From contig CAZUYZ010000049.1 in the NCBI GenBank assembly GCA_964624365.1, forward strand, positions 1 to 29,588: 29,588 nucleotides of DNA, in the 5' to 3' direction. The notes beneath the pieces were generated by a model. The model saw nothing but the letters and a program-made list of their open reading frames with translations, did not search any database and had not been told where the DNA came from. The translations under genes and the position numbers were made by a program. Shown here one piece after another: positions 19,481 through 29,395 of the stretch (positions are counted from its first letter, which is position 1; each line of letters opens with the position of its first letter). The DNA is from an uncultured Puniceicoccaceae bacterium (GTDB lineage Bacteria; Verrucomicrobiota; Verrucomicrobiia; Opitutales; Coraliomargaritaceae).

Positions 19481-20752
19481 TCAGCGTATTTCGCCCTTGC
19501 CGTGAATGACAAATTTGTAGGTGCATAGTTCATTCAGACCCATTGGGCCGCGGGCGTGTAAGCGGTCGGTCGAGATGCCGATTTCCGCCCCTAGTCCGAA
19601 TTCAAAGCCGTCGGTGAATCGAGTAGATGCATTGTGGTAAACGGTTGCTGAATCGACGCCAGCAAGAAATTGCTGCGCAATTTTGGAGTCTTCTGTAACT
19701 ATTGCATCGCTGTGTCCTGAACCGTAATGGTTAATAAATTCAATGGCTGCTGGTGCATTAGGAACCACAGCAATTGAGAGAATGGAGTCGTTATATTCGG
19801 TAGCAAAATCTTCTTTAGTCGCATCAATTAGAGGTAATCCCGATGCGCCCAGTAGGGCTTTAGCCTTTTCCTCGACGCGTAGTTCAACATCCTTGTCGTG
19901 AAGCGCTTTGGCAAGTCGGGGAAGGAGCGCTGCGGCGTCTTGATGGACGATAAGGTTCTCGATTGCATTACAAACGCTGGGTCGCTGGCATTTTGCATTA
20001 ATTAGTATAGATTCTGCCATCTCAGGTTTTGCCGCTGAATCAATATACAAGGAACAAACTCCGGTATAGTGTTTGATCACCGGAATGCGGCTGTTTTCAA
20101 CTGTGAATCGAATCAAACCTTCGCCACCACGCGGTATGATGCAGTGAATTGTGTCGTCTTGTTTGAGCAACACATTGAGCGCTTCACGATCAGTGGTTGG
20201 TATAAGCTGAACTGCATGTTCATTAATACCAACCTCTTTGAGCACTGCTTGAATGATTTCTGCCAGCTTCATGTTGCTGTGAAATGATTCTTTGCCACCG
20301 CGAAGGATGGACGCATTTCCGGATTTCAGGCAAAGTATTGCACAATCCACAGTTACGTTGGGACGGGATTCATAAATGATACCAATGACACCAATTGGCA
20401 CGCGGACTTTTCGAAGATCAAATCCTTGTGGAGGAGTGAGGCGTTCAATCTCAGTGCCAACGGGATCGGGCAGAGCAGCAACCTTGCGAACGCCCTCTGC
20501 CATCCGTTCGATACGCTCTGGAGTCAGGCTCAGGCGTTCGGTCATTGGAGCCGAAAGCCCCGTGCTTTTAGCAGCTTCAATATCCAGCTTGTTTGAAGCG
20601 ACGATTAATTCAGTCTGAGCGACCAGCTCATCTGCCAATTTTTCCAAAAAACGATTCTTAATTTCCGTTGAAAGTGTGGCCAGTTCGAGCGAGGTTTTTC
20701 GAGCGTTCCTGGCAATCGTCTTGATGAGCACGGGAATAGTGTTGGTGTCCAT
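19481..20752 (-). CDS. proA: Gamma-glutamyl phosphate reductase
   Basis: 423 aa. ALDH-superfamily ProA motifs (IYESRPNVT, catalytic Cys region [16 protein letters not shown]). Confidence 0.9.
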   Translation of the reverse strand: MDTNTIPVLIKTIARNARKTSLELATLSTEIKNRFLEKLADELVAQTELIVASNKLDIEAAKSTGLSAPMTERLSLTPERIERMAEGVRKVAALPDPVGTEIERLTPPQGFDLRKVRVPIGVIGIIYESRPNVTVDCAILCLKSGNASILRGGKESFHSNMKLAEIIQAVLKEVGINEHAVQLIPTTDREALNVLLKQDDTIHCIIPRGGEGLIRFTVENSRIPVIKHYTGVCSLYIDSAAKPEMAESILINAKCQRPSVCNAIENLIVHQDAAALLPRLAKALHDKDVELRVEEKAKALLGASGLPLIDATKEDFATEYNDSILSIAVVPNAPAAIEFINHYGSGHSDAIVTEDSKIAQQFLAGVDSATVYHNASTRFTDGFEFGLGAEIGISTDRLHARGPMGLNELCTYKFVIHGKGEIR

Positions 20753-20770
20753 AACTTTGTTTTGGAATGA

Positions 20771-21784
20771 TTATAGTGTTGGAGATTCCTGAAAAAGTGC
20801 CATTTCAATTTCCAGTAGGCAGTGGTTCCAGACCTCTTCGGTCAGGACACTACCTTGGGTCTGCACTACAGCAGCGCCTAATATGGCGCCTGCTTTCGCA
20901 GATTGGGCAAGATTGTAATTGCGCGACCAGCCATGCAGGAAACCTGCAGCCCATAAATCACCAGCGCCAGTCGTATCGACGACCTTGTCGACTGGTACAG
21001 CATCGATCAGGATTGTTTCATCTCGGTTGGCTACGCAAACACCATTGGAACCCATTTTAACAACAGCAATATCGCAGTGTTTAGCGAGCAGTTTGGCCAT
21101 TTTCTGATAATCATCGTTTAATCCAGTAAACGCAGCCGCTTCTGCTTCATTTGCAAACACAATATCAACATACTCTTGCAGGATTTCTTTTAGTAGTGAT
21201 CCACCTGCCTGAACGACTTCGAACGATGCTAAGTCCAGGCTAACGGTGCAGTTTGCTTCCTTTGCCGATTTAAGAATGTGCAGTATAAGCTCTTCATTAA
21301 AAAGGAGGTAACCTTCGATGTGCGCATGATCGCAACCTTCGAAGTCGGTAGCGGAGATTTCTTCTTTACCGAGCGACATTGCTGCGCCCAAATGGGTGCG
21401 AAGAGTACGCTCTCCATCAGGTGTGATCAGTGACAGGCACTGGCCGTTGATCACATTGCCGACTTTAAAGCTGGAAGTGTGGCCACCCAGCGAATCAAAG
21501 TGATTCCGATAAAAATTGCCGTCCGCACAATTACCCGTCTTTCCGAGGAAACGAGCATTGTTCCCCATGCGTGCAAGTGCAAAAAGTGTGTTTCCTGCAG
21601 AACCACCGGGAGCCTTGGTTGTCTTGCCGGTTATTTTTTTTAGCAGCGATTTAAGTGCATCTTCATCAACCAGTACCATTCCACCTTTTTCGGCGTTAAT
21701 TTGAGTGATGAAGCTTTCCTCAACCGGAGCAATAATATCAATGATGGGGCTGCCGACCCCGATAGTAGTAAAGTTTGAGTTCAT
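20771..21784 (-). CDS. PfkB-family carbohydrate/nucleoside kinase (ribokinase/adenosine-kinase-like)
   Basis: 337 aa. An N-terminal GG dipeptide region and the DTTGAGD PfkB signature 2. The stop lies 18 bp from the proA start, so the two are probably co-transcribed. Confidence 0.8.
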   Translation of the reverse strand: MNSNFTTIGVGSPIIDIIAPVEESFITQINAEKGGMVLVDEDALKSLLKKITGKTTKAPGGSAGNTLFALARMGNNARFLGKTGNCADGNFYRNHFDSLGGHTSSFKVGNVINGQCLSLITPDGERTLRTHLGAAMSLGKEEISATDFEGCDHAHIEGYLLFNEELILHILKSAKEANCTVSLDLASFEVVQAGGSLLKEILQEYVDIVFANEAEAAAFTGLNDDYQKMAKLLAKHCDIAVVKMGSNGVCVANRDETILIDAVPVDKVVDTTGAGDLWAAGFLHGWSRNYNLAQSAKAGAILGAAVVQTQGSVLTEEVWNHCLLEIEMALFQESPTL

Positions 21785-21835
21785 TTTTGAGAGGGTCAGT
21801 CACATCATTAATGACTCTATGTCAATAGTGTGTTT

Positions 21836-21867
21836 GATTCGAAAAGATCATGAACAGGTTCCGAAAC
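21836..21867 (+). repeat. Conserved intergenic ~30-nt motif, copy 2 (GATTCGAAAAGATCATGAACAGGTTCCGAAAC)
   Basis: In the divergent region between pfkB (minus) and the TPR gene (plus). Contains the GAAC-AG-GTTC palindrome and a TyCGAAA direct repeat. Confidence 0.5.
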
Positions 21868-21950
21868 AAAACAGATGGCATGAATACTGAAGTGAACTAT
21901 TGTTTGCGTTTAACTAAAAATAGTTCAGAAACATACCAAAAATTTAGTTT

Positions 21951-22838
21951 GTGTGGTTAACATTATATCGGATGAAGTATTGTCTTATCGTCTCAATTGC
22001 CATTATTAAAGGTTTCTTGGTAGGCTTTGCGGAAACTGATATCCTGTATAGTACAGAAACTGATCAGGCGTTGCTGGTCGAAGGCTATGAAAAACTTAGG
22101 TCTGGCAAGTCAAACGAAGCTCTGAACGCTTTTGAAAAAGTATTTCAACAAGACGCCAACAATTCGGATGCACGTTTTGGTCAAGCGATCGTTTTTGCAG
22201 AACAGGAACGTCATAAAGATGCTTTTGCTGCTTACGACTGGCTGATTCAGCAGAATCCTCATCACGCTGATGCATGGAACGGTCGTGGGCTCGCTGCTTT
22301 CAATATGGGAGACTTCGATGAAGCATTGGCTTCTTTTAAGATGTCCATAGCAGATCAGCCAACGAATGGTTTTTTCTATGAAGCCTTGGCGTGGACACAA
22401 ATGTGTAGGGGCGAGTTTGCCGAGGCTGCTGAATGGGCAAAGAAAGCCCTACTGATGTACCAACGTAGAAACGAAACGCCTCTTTATCCTTTGTTAATTG
22501 CCTATTTTTCATACCACGAATCAGGTGATGCGGAAAATGCGCTGCGCGTGCTTCGGTATGCCAATCAAAATAGACCCTCGAATAAGTGGCCGACGCAAGT
22601 AATCGATTACCTTAACGGAAAAATCGACGAGGCCGCGCTGATCAGTTTCGTATCTAATTTATCAGAGGAGACCGAGGCACGGACCTATATTGGTCTGCAT
22701 ATGCGCTCGTTTGGTCAAACAGAAAAAGCGAAATTGCACTTGAACTGGGTCGGCCATAACGGCGACTCAAAGGTGTTTGAGTATACACTTGCCAGAACGC
22801 TTGTTCTCCAAAATGGCGTTGTGCTGTTGGAGCGTTGA
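21951..22838 (+). CDS. TPR-repeat protein with N-terminal hydrophobic anchor/signal
   Basis: 295 aa. Several 34-aa TPR-like repeats (ALNAFEKVFQQDANNSDARFGQA, AFAAYDWLIQQNPHHADAWNGRG). The start may be the second Met (21972). Confidence 0.55.
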   Translation: MWLTLYRMKYCLIVSIAIIKGFLVGFAETDILYSTETDQALLVEGYEKLRSGKSNEALNAFEKVFQQDANNSDARFGQAIVFAEQERHKDAFAAYDWLIQQNPHHADAWNGRGLAAFNMGDFDEALASFKMSIADQPTNGFFYEALAWTQMCRGEFAEAAEWAKKALLMYQRRNETPLYPLLIAYFSYHESGDAENALRVLRYANQNRPSNKWPTQVIDYLNGKIDEAALISFVSNLSEETEARTYIGLHMRSFGQTEKAKLHLNWVGHNGDSKVFEYTLARTLVLQNGVVLLER

Positions 22839-22856
22839 TCATGAGCAGGTTCTGAG
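22834..22856 (+). repeat. Conserved intergenic motif, copy 3 (GTTGATCATGAGCAGGTTCTGAG)
   Basis: Overlaps the TPR stop codon and lies about 140 bp upstream of secA. It shares GATCATGrnCmGGTTCTsAG with copies 1 and 2. Confidence 0.45.
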
Positions 22857-22998
22857 TGGTTCAATTTCGCTTCCGCCTGTAAACACGCTTGCAAGCAACT
22901 GTTAGTTGATTCTATTTGGTAGATTTTTGTCGCTTCCGTGTTTTTCAACGAGAGCTGACCAACCACTATTTTCACGGACTAATTGCATTTAAAGAGTT

Positions 22999-25900
22999 AT
23001 GATCTCAGCCATTCTCAAAAAATTTTCAGGACGCCATTACAAAAAATACCTTAAGAAATGTCAGCCAATTATTGAGCGTATCAATTCTTTGGAAGTTGAG
23101 TACCAGTCGCTCACGGACGATCAGATCAGCGCAAAAACGCCTGAGTTTATGCAGCGTTTCAAGGATGGCGAGTCGCTGGATGATATGCTGCCTGAAGCGT
23201 TCGCAGTTGTAAAAAACATGGCCCGCCGGATGTGTGGTCAAGAGTTTGAAGTGTGCGACCATATTCTTCCCTGGAATATGGTGCACTATGATGTCCAATT
23301 TATAGGCGGCATTGCATTGCACGAGCGACACATTGCCGAAATGGCAACAGGTGAGGGGAAGACCCTCGTGTCCACCTGTCCTCTTTATCTTAATGCACTC
23401 TCTGGTCGCAATTGTCAGTTGGTAACGGTCAACGATTATCTTGCCCGTCGTGATTCGGAGTGGATGGGACATTTGTTTCGCAGGCTTGGTCTAACGGTTG
23501 GTTGTATTCAGAATAGTATGGATCCGAAGACACGCCGCGAGATGTACAGCTGTAATATTACTTACGGTACAGCATCTGAATTTGGTTTTGATTATTTGCG
23601 CGACAATGGCATGGCGAGTAGCAAAGAAGACCAGGTACAGCGTGACTACTTTTTTTGCATTATTGACGAGGTGGACTCCGTTCTCGTCGATGAAGCGCGG
23701 ACACCTTTAATTATCTCTGGCCCAATGCAAAACGACAACCCGTTGCCGTTTCAAGAGACAAAGCCGAGTGTCCAGAAACTGGTCTCCAGGCAACAGGCCT
23801 ACTGTAAGGAGCTTGCCGCTGAGGCGAAGTCTGTACTGGAAGCCGAAGGCAGTGATGAAGACGCTCAATATGCCGCGATCTCAAAACTCTATCAAGTGAA
23901 GCTTGGAATGCCTAAGAATAAGCAATATCACCGCTTAAACGAGGTTCCGGCAATTCGTCGTCAACTGGATAAGTTCGACCTCGAAATGAATAGTGACTTC
24001 AATAAGAATGAACGCTATTCGCTGAAAGAGAAATTATATTACGTGATCGATGAGAAACAGCAGCAGGCTGATCTTACGGAAAAAGGGCGTACTCTGATCA
24101 ATCCAGAAGATCCGGATGCTTTTATGATGCCTGATTTGCCCTCGCTATTTATTGAAATTGATAAGGATGGAAGTATTGGTACGGAAAGTAAACAAAGGGC
24201 CAAGCAGGAAGCTGAATCAAAATTTCAGCAGATCAGCGAACGTATCCATTGCATTAGCCAGTTACTCAAAGCTTACAGCCTCTATGAACGCGATAAGGAA
24301 TATGTCGTGCAGGAGGGCAAGGTGAACATTGTTGATCAGAACACCGGTCGCGTAATGCCAGGTCGACGTTGGTCGGACGGGTTACATCAGGCGATTGAAT
24401 CCAAGGAAAACTGCACTATTGAGAAGGAGACTAAAACATATGCGACTGTTACTATTCAGAACTATTTCAGGATGTATGAAAAACTGTCCGGTATGACTGG
24501 AACTGCTGAGACGGAAGCCTCTGAGTTTAACGAAATTTACGGTTTGAAGGTTATGGTGATTCCCACCAATAAACCCTGCATTCGCGTCGATCAAAATGAT
24601 GTTATTTTCAAAACGCGTCGTGATAAGTTTGCCGCGGTTATTCGGGAAGTTCAGGAAGCCAATAAAAAGGGGCAACCGGTTTTGGTCGGTACAGCTTCGG
24701 TCGAGGCTTCGGAGTTGCTGAGTCGGATGCTAAAGCGTTCCAAAATAGTGCATAGTGTTTTGAATGCTAAGTTTCACCAAAAAGAAGCGGAGATTGTCGC
24801 CAACGCAGGCCTCAAAGGTAGTGTGACGATTGCGACGAATATGGCGGGCCGTGGTACTGACATCAAGCTAGATGAAGGCGTACGTGAATTAGGTGGTTTG
24901 TTTGTGATTGGTACCGAGCGTCATGAATCACGTCGTATCGATCGACAGTTACGCGGTCGCTGTGCGCGTCAGGGAGATCCGGGGATTTCCAAATTTTTTG
25001 TGTCACTAGAGGATGATCTGATGCGATTGTTTGCAAATGCCGGGCCAATTTCAAGAATTTTGGAAAAATCGATGAGTGACGATGAAGAACTGGAGCATCC
25101 GGCGCTCAACTGGTCGATTGAAAACGCGCAGAAAAAAGTTGAACAGCAAAATTTCTCTATCCGTAAGCGCTTGCTGCAATTCGATGACGTCCTCAACACG
25201 CAGCGTGAAGTGGTTTACGGTATTCGCAATGATGGGGTGCAGCTGGATACGCCACGTGAGATTATTTTTGAAATGGTCGAAGAGGAGCTTGAGATGCGTC
25301 TTAGTGAATTATCGCAGGCCCGGGAAAGTGATCAGATGGAGCGTTTTCTAGCATGGCTCAATGCGCATTTTCCGCTTTCTTTAAAATCGAAAGAGGTCGC
25401 TGGCATGGACTCGGAAGCTCAACAGACCCTAATCTTTGATCGTATTAAAGAAGCGTATGAAAAGCGCGAGGAGTTTGAGTCGTCTGAGGCCCTGACAGGC
25501 ATGGAACGTTTTATCATTATTCGCTCACTGGATCGTCATTGGCAGGATCATCTCACAGAAATGGAAGAACTGCGCCGCAGTGTGAATCTGCGGAGTTATG
25601 GGCAAAAGGATCCTCTAAACGAGTATAAAAGCGAGGCTTTTGGTTTCTTTGAAGAGCTCATGTCAAACGTTCGCACCGAAATTTGTAACTCTTTATTTCG
25701 TACAGCTACGAATCAAGAGGCCTTCAAAAATATGTTATCACGCATGTCTAAAATGGCTCAGGTTGATGGTCCAGGTACGGATCAGGCTGCTCCCGTTGGC
25801 GCTGTCGCCATCGCTGCATCTCAAACGCAGCCAAGCCAGGATTCCCCTGCGGGTAAGTCTATAGAATTGCCAAAGATAGAACCTATCCGACGTGAGTTTC

Positions 25901-26022
25901 CAAAGCTTGGTCGCAATGATATTGTGACGATTCGCAAGGGCGCGGAGTCAAAAACACTTAAATTTAAAAAAGCTGAGGCGTTGTTAATAAATGATGGTTG
26001 GGAACTGGAAGAACAAAAATGA
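22999..26022 (+). CDS. secA: Preprotein translocase ATPase SecA (long form, atypical C-terminus)
   Basis: 1007 aa. N-terminus [20 protein letters not shown], Walker A GEGKT, DEVD, a long preprotein cross-linking domain, NBD2 ([10 protein letters not shown]), and the wing/scaffold domains. The C-terminus has KLGRND but no CxCxSGxKxKxCH zinc motif. Confidence 0.95.
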   Translation: MISAILKKFSGRHYKKYLKKCQPIIERINSLEVEYQSLTDDQISAKTPEFMQRFKDGESLDDMLPEAFAVVKNMARRMCGQEFEVCDHILPWNMVHYDVQFIGGIALHERHIAEMATGEGKTLVSTCPLYLNALSGRNCQLVTVNDYLARRDSEWMGHLFRRLGLTVGCIQNSMDPKTRREMYSCNITYGTASEFGFDYLRDNGMASSKEDQVQRDYFFCIIDEVDSVLVDEARTPLIISGPMQNDNPLPFQETKPSVQKLVSRQQAYCKELAAEAKSVLEAEGSDEDAQYAAISKLYQVKLGMPKNKQYHRLNEVPAIRRQLDKFDLEMNSDFNKNERYSLKEKLYYVIDEKQQQADLTEKGRTLINPEDPDAFMMPDLPSLFIEIDKDGSIGTESKQRAKQEAESKFQQISERIHCISQLLKAYSLYERDKEYVVQEGKVNIVDQNTGRVMPGRRWSDGLHQAIESKENCTIEKETKTYATVTIQNYFRMYEKLSGMTGTAETEASEFNEIYGLKVMVIPTNKPCIRVDQNDVIFKTRRDKFAAVIREVQEANKKGQPVLVGTASVEASELLSRMLKRSKIVHSVLNAKFHQKEAEIVANAGLKGSVTIATNMAGRGTDIKLDEGVRELGGLFVIGTERHESRRIDRQLRGRCARQGDPGISKFFVSLEDDLMRLFANAGPISRILEKSMSDDEELEHPALNWSIENAQKKVEQQNFSIRKRLLQFDDVLNTQREVVYGIRNDGVQLDTPREIIFEMVEEELEMRLSELSQARESDQMERFLAWLNAHFPLSLKSKEVAGMDSEAQQTLIFDRIKEAYEKREEFESSEALTGMERFIIIRSLDRHWQDHLTEMEELRRSVNLRSYGQKDPLNEYKSEAFGFFEELMSNVRTEICNSLFRTATNQEAFKNMLSRMSKMAQVDGPGTDQAAPVGAVAIAASQTQPSQDSPAGKSIELPKIEPIRREFPKLGRNDIVTIRKGAESKTLKFKKAEALLINDGWELEEQK

Positions 26023-26035
26023 CTAGAGTATTCAG

Positions 26036-26062
26036 AAGAGCTTGTTTCGGGCTCTTTTCGGT
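26036..26062 (+). terminator. Rho-independent terminator after secA
   Basis: AAGAGC-ttgtttcgg-GCTCTT stem-loop followed by TTTC, 14 bp after the secA stop. Confidence 0.4.
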
Positions 26063-26281
26063 GCAAGAGTGTTATAACTGAAGGCTTTCATTAAAAAATC
26101 TCGACATTGCTAGGTTTCAAACGTTTACATCAATTGAAATCAAGTTCGGGTCATAGGATCTGTTTTTGCAGCCTTGGATTATGTGCGAGATTACGAAAAT
26201 ATTATGGTGTCCGGATAAACAAAGTTTACTAATGAAACCCAAACGGGTTATTTGTTCAAAAAGACATTGCTTGATTAGCTG

Positions 26282-27577
26282 ATGAAGAAATTTTGGCCAT
26301 TTGTTTTAATCACAATCTTGTTAGTGACTTTATTTCTTCCAATGGTTGCTATCCACATGTTTGGTGTAGTTATCGGATTTAGTGTTAAGACTCTTTCTGC
26401 TGATGACTTTAGCGATTTCAGTGGCTTTGCTGTAAAACTAAAAAATTCGGATGATCCGATATCTCAGTTTTTGCAGGTCCAACTAAGTCAGTCTACAAAA
26501 GATCTTTTAAGTAATTATAATGGTGATTTTTCGTCTTCAAACGCTTTTCGAGGTGTTTTGATGGAAGAAATCAATGAAGTGCTTCAAAATGTGTCCATCT
26601 ATGACGAAACTCGTTTTAGTGAGATAGAATTGAGCGCTGATATCAGGCAGCTTGCGATGGAAAATCCTAAAGGATTGGAACTTGTACGTTTGAACCTGCT
26701 GCTTCTGAGCGCTGCTTACCCACAGGATATCAATGAGGAACTAAGCGCGGTTTCAGGAGAAGTGACTGTTGGACTAATTGTTATCTTGCGGGCTATGTTT
26801 CGGCGATTGTTACGTGGGTTTTCAACCAACATTCTACAGACGACGATAGGTACATTTGGTCGGACGAGCGCGCGCGCGGTAACCCGACGTTTTGTCAGAT
26901 TCGTAGGCCGAATACTTTTCGGATCAATTATGCAGGAAAATCCTGATGAGGCTAAAGGTGAAAAAAAGCAGAAATTGAAAAAAGCTACTCCTCTGAGGCA
27001 GATGATTTCCCTGACTCTGGGCCTTGTTGGATTATGTCTTTCTTTTTGGGGTATTTTATATGTTGTTCCAAGAGAAACAGCACAAGCTCTCATTGGTTCA
27101 AGAGGGTTGTCAGAACTAGAAGCCGTAGTTTTGGCAGGTATGCCACTTTTAGTATATGCTTTTTTACACAAATCTCTCGGTAAATTTCTTGGTGTGAAGA
27201 CAGCGTATCATACCGAGATCGACGGATTGTTTCTACAGGCCTACTTCACTGGAGCAGGCTCCTTTTTACCGATGACTACTGATGTTGAGTATTATGGTGA
27301 TGAAAAACTACATTTCAAACTGGCAAGTTGCGCTCTGATTGGGATGTTTCTTGCGTTTGTTTTATGTTACTTAGTTGGAAGTGTCTTGGGCCTGGCTAGT
27401 TTGAATTTCTTGAGCTCCATGTTTCTGATTTACGGCTTTGTCTACTGCTTCCCCATTCAGCCGTTGGAAGGTTACATTGTGTGGTCCAGGAGCAAATTAC
27501 TCTGGTTAGCGATAGCCCTACCAATTCTTATTGCATTTGCGAATTTTGTAGATGGTGCGTTTGGAGATATACTTTGA
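26282..27577 (+). CDS. Polytopic membrane protein of unknown function (AT-rich gene)
   Basis: 431 aa. N-terminal TM/signal anchor, a ~130-aa soluble domain, an Arg-rich amphipathic segment (RRLLRGF...RRFVRFVGR), a Lys-rich linker, then about 5 TM helices. No recognisable catalytic motif. Hand-counted G+C is about 30-38%, against about 50% for its neighbours. Confidence 0.55.
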   Translation: MKKFWPFVLITILLVTLFLPMVAIHMFGVVIGFSVKTLSADDFSDFSGFAVKLKNSDDPISQFLQVQLSQSTKDLLSNYNGDFSSSNAFRGVLMEEINEVLQNVSIYDETRFSEIELSADIRQLAMENPKGLELVRLNLLLLSAAYPQDINEELSAVSGEVTVGLIVILRAMFRRLLRGFSTNILQTTIGTFGRTSARAVTRRFVRFVGRILFGSIMQENPDEAKGEKKQKLKKATPLRQMISLTLGLVGLCLSFWGILYVVPRETAQALIGSRGLSELEAVVLAGMPLLVYAFLHKSLGKFLGVKTAYHTEIDGLFLQAYFTGAGSFLPMTTDVEYYGDEKLHFKLASCALIGMFLAFVLCYLVGSVLGLASLNFLSSMFLIYGFVYCFPIQPLEGYIVWSRSKLLWLAIALPILIAFANFVDGAFGDIL

Positions 27578-27579
27578 CG

Positions 27580-28419
27580 ATGGAGAAGAAATCTAAGTAC
27601 AAAAAAATATCGAAGAGGCGGCATAGTATGCGTAATAAGCTGCGAATCTCTACGATCGCAATGATTTTGGTCTGGGTTTTTTTCTACAACCTTCTGATCA
27701 AAGAACAGCCTTTCTGGGTGGCTTTTTTTCAAATACTAGACACCATCAGTGACGATTTTATCATGGGCGCTATGTTCGCTATTGGCGTCGGACTCAGCAT
27801 TGTTATCGTCTTTTCATTCACTAAACTGTATACTCAAGTAATTGCGAATATGCATTCTTTCCGAATGATCGAGGATTTATTTTACAGGAAGCTTATGCGT
27901 GGTGAGTGGAAGGTTTTCTTTTATTCGATACTTACACTTGAGGACCAGCCGCTCCCTCACACCATTTGCCCCAGACGAGTCTCTAGTTTGGCGCTTTCAT
28001 TCAGCTTTATTTATATAATGAGTTGGATTTACGTGGTGTTGTTTAGTGAAGCGCTATTTTTTGTTTCCTGGAGTGCCGGGGTTGATTTGCCAATTAATTC
28101 AGAAACGCTATATTATCTTCCAATGTTAGGTTTGGCTATTCCATTTTCAGCAAGGGTCATGGCTTACTTTCGATACCCTTACGCTCAAGACTACGCAGAT
28201 TTTATGCCGGCAGCCGTTTTTGTACTACTGTTGGTTTTTTCGCTTGGATCATTGCATGATTCAGATGATCAGAAGTTTTTTCTCCTTCAGATTTTTACCA
28301 GCACTAAGCTGACACTGGACTTCTTAAGAAATGGAGCTTTTCTCGCATTTATACCGGTGTTTTTTGAAGGAGCTTTCTGGTTGTTTGAGTTGAGCAGCGA
28401 TGAAGAGGAAAATTCTTGA
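27580..28419 (+). CDS. Polytopic membrane protein of unknown function, translationally coupled to the preceding gene
   Basis: Starts at the ATG 2 nt after the upstream TGA (tgaCGatg). The track's 27481 start would overlap the upstream gene by 97 bp. It has a basic N-terminus (MEKKSKYKKISKRRHSMRNK), about 6 TM helices and an acidic tail (SSDEEENS). G+C is roughly 40% by hand count. Confidence 0.5.
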   Translation: MEKKSKYKKISKRRHSMRNKLRISTIAMILVWVFFYNLLIKEQPFWVAFFQILDTISDDFIMGAMFAIGVGLSIVIVFSFTKLYTQVIANMHSFRMIEDLFYRKLMRGEWKVFFYSILTLEDQPLPHTICPRRVSSLALSFSFIYIMSWIYVVLFSEALFFVSWSAGVDLPINSETLYYLPMLGLAIPFSARVMAYFRYPYAQDYADFMPAAVFVLLLVFSLGSLHDSDDQKFFLLQIFTSTKLTLDFLRNGAFLAFIPVFFEGAFWLFELSSDEEENS

Positions 28420-28476
28420 TATTGGCTATCGGAAACAAAACATCGAACTTTCGATATTCGAAATTTGAAACTAATA

Positions 28477-29289
28477 ATGCCCGAGCTTCCAGAAGTAGAA
28501 ACAACCTTACGTGGAATTTCAACACACGTAGAAGGGAAGCGGATTAAGGCGATCGTAGTGCGTCAGCCAAGATTGCGCTGGCCTGTTCCCAAAAGCGTCG
28601 AGCAGGCAATTGGTCATCTAGTAAATGGTATTCGACGACGGGCGAAATACTTGCTGCTGGATACGGATGTCGGAAGTGTTGTGCTACATTTGGGCATGTC
28701 GGGTAGTTTGACGATACAGCCTTTTGGAAAAACGGTGCAGAAACACGACCATCTGGACATTGTTTTTGAAGATGGAAACTGTTTACGTCTCAATGATCCT
28801 CGGCGGTTTGGCGCTTGTCTTTGGCAGGATGTCTCTAGGCCTCAACTGGAACTATTGCAGAATTTGGGGCCGGAGCCACTTTCAGACGCCTTTGAGGGGG
28901 ATCACCTTTACCAGCTTTCTCGCAGACGATCTTTAGCGGTTAAGAATTTCATTATGACCAACGCTGTTGTGGTAGGAGTTGGAAATATTTACGCGAATGA
29001 AGCGCTATTTCGCTCTGGTATTGATCCACGTCGAGCAGCTGGAAAGATCGGTCGTGGCCGATATCACTTATTGGGTGATCAGATCAAAGACGTTTTAGCT
29101 GAGGCAATTGAGCAGGGTGGCACAACCTTACGTGATTTTTTTGGCGCCGATGGCAAGCCGGGTTATTTTCGTATTCGATTAAAGATCTATGGCAGGGCAG
29201 ATGAACCTTGTCAGAAGTGTAACACGACCATTCGTTCCGTCAGAATTGGACAGCGCAATACGTTCTACTGTCCGAGATGTCAGCATTAG
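28477..29289 (+). CDS. mutM: Formamidopyrimidine-DNA glycosylase
   Basis: Begins MPELPEVE (catalytic Pro2/Glu3), has an H2TH domain and a C-terminal zinc finger CQKC...CPRC. The start is trimmed from the track's 28465 to 28477. Confidence 0.9.
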   Translation: MPELPEVETTLRGISTHVEGKRIKAIVVRQPRLRWPVPKSVEQAIGHLVNGIRRRAKYLLLDTDVGSVVLHLGMSGSLTIQPFGKTVQKHDHLDIVFEDGNCLRLNDPRRFGACLWQDVSRPQLELLQNLGPEPLSDAFEGDHLYQLSRRRSLAVKNFIMTNAVVVGVGNIYANEALFRSGIDPRRAAGKIGRGRYHLLGDQIKDVLAEAIEQGGTTLRDFFGADGKPGYFRIRLKIYGRADEPCQKCNTTIRSVRIGQRNTFYCPRCQH

Positions 29290-29306
29290 CAGCATGTGCT
29301 TTTTTT
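29288..29306 (+). terminator. Weak candidate terminator after mutM
   Basis: AGCA-gcatg-TGCT (4-bp stem) followed by seven T. The stem is short, so this is tentative. Confidence 0.25.
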
Positions 29307-29395
29307 AGAATCCATTGCCCATGTTGTTTGTTGCTGGGGGCAGTCCACGCAAATCCACATTATTTCTTTGGTCTTTAATCTTTGGAAGATGGCTA

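Noticed and set aside
22715-22975. 86-aa minus-strand ORF in the TPR-secA intergenic region
   Set aside because: It covers the secA upstream region antisense, has low-complexity composition and no start context, and overlaps the conserved motif copy 3.
26282-27577. Rhomboid-like GxSG (FTGAGSFLP) plus downstream His in membrane protein A
   Set aside because: The Ser lies in a loop-like context rather than a clear TM4. The spacing and topology to the candidate His do not match rhomboid architecture convincingly. I have left it as unknown function.
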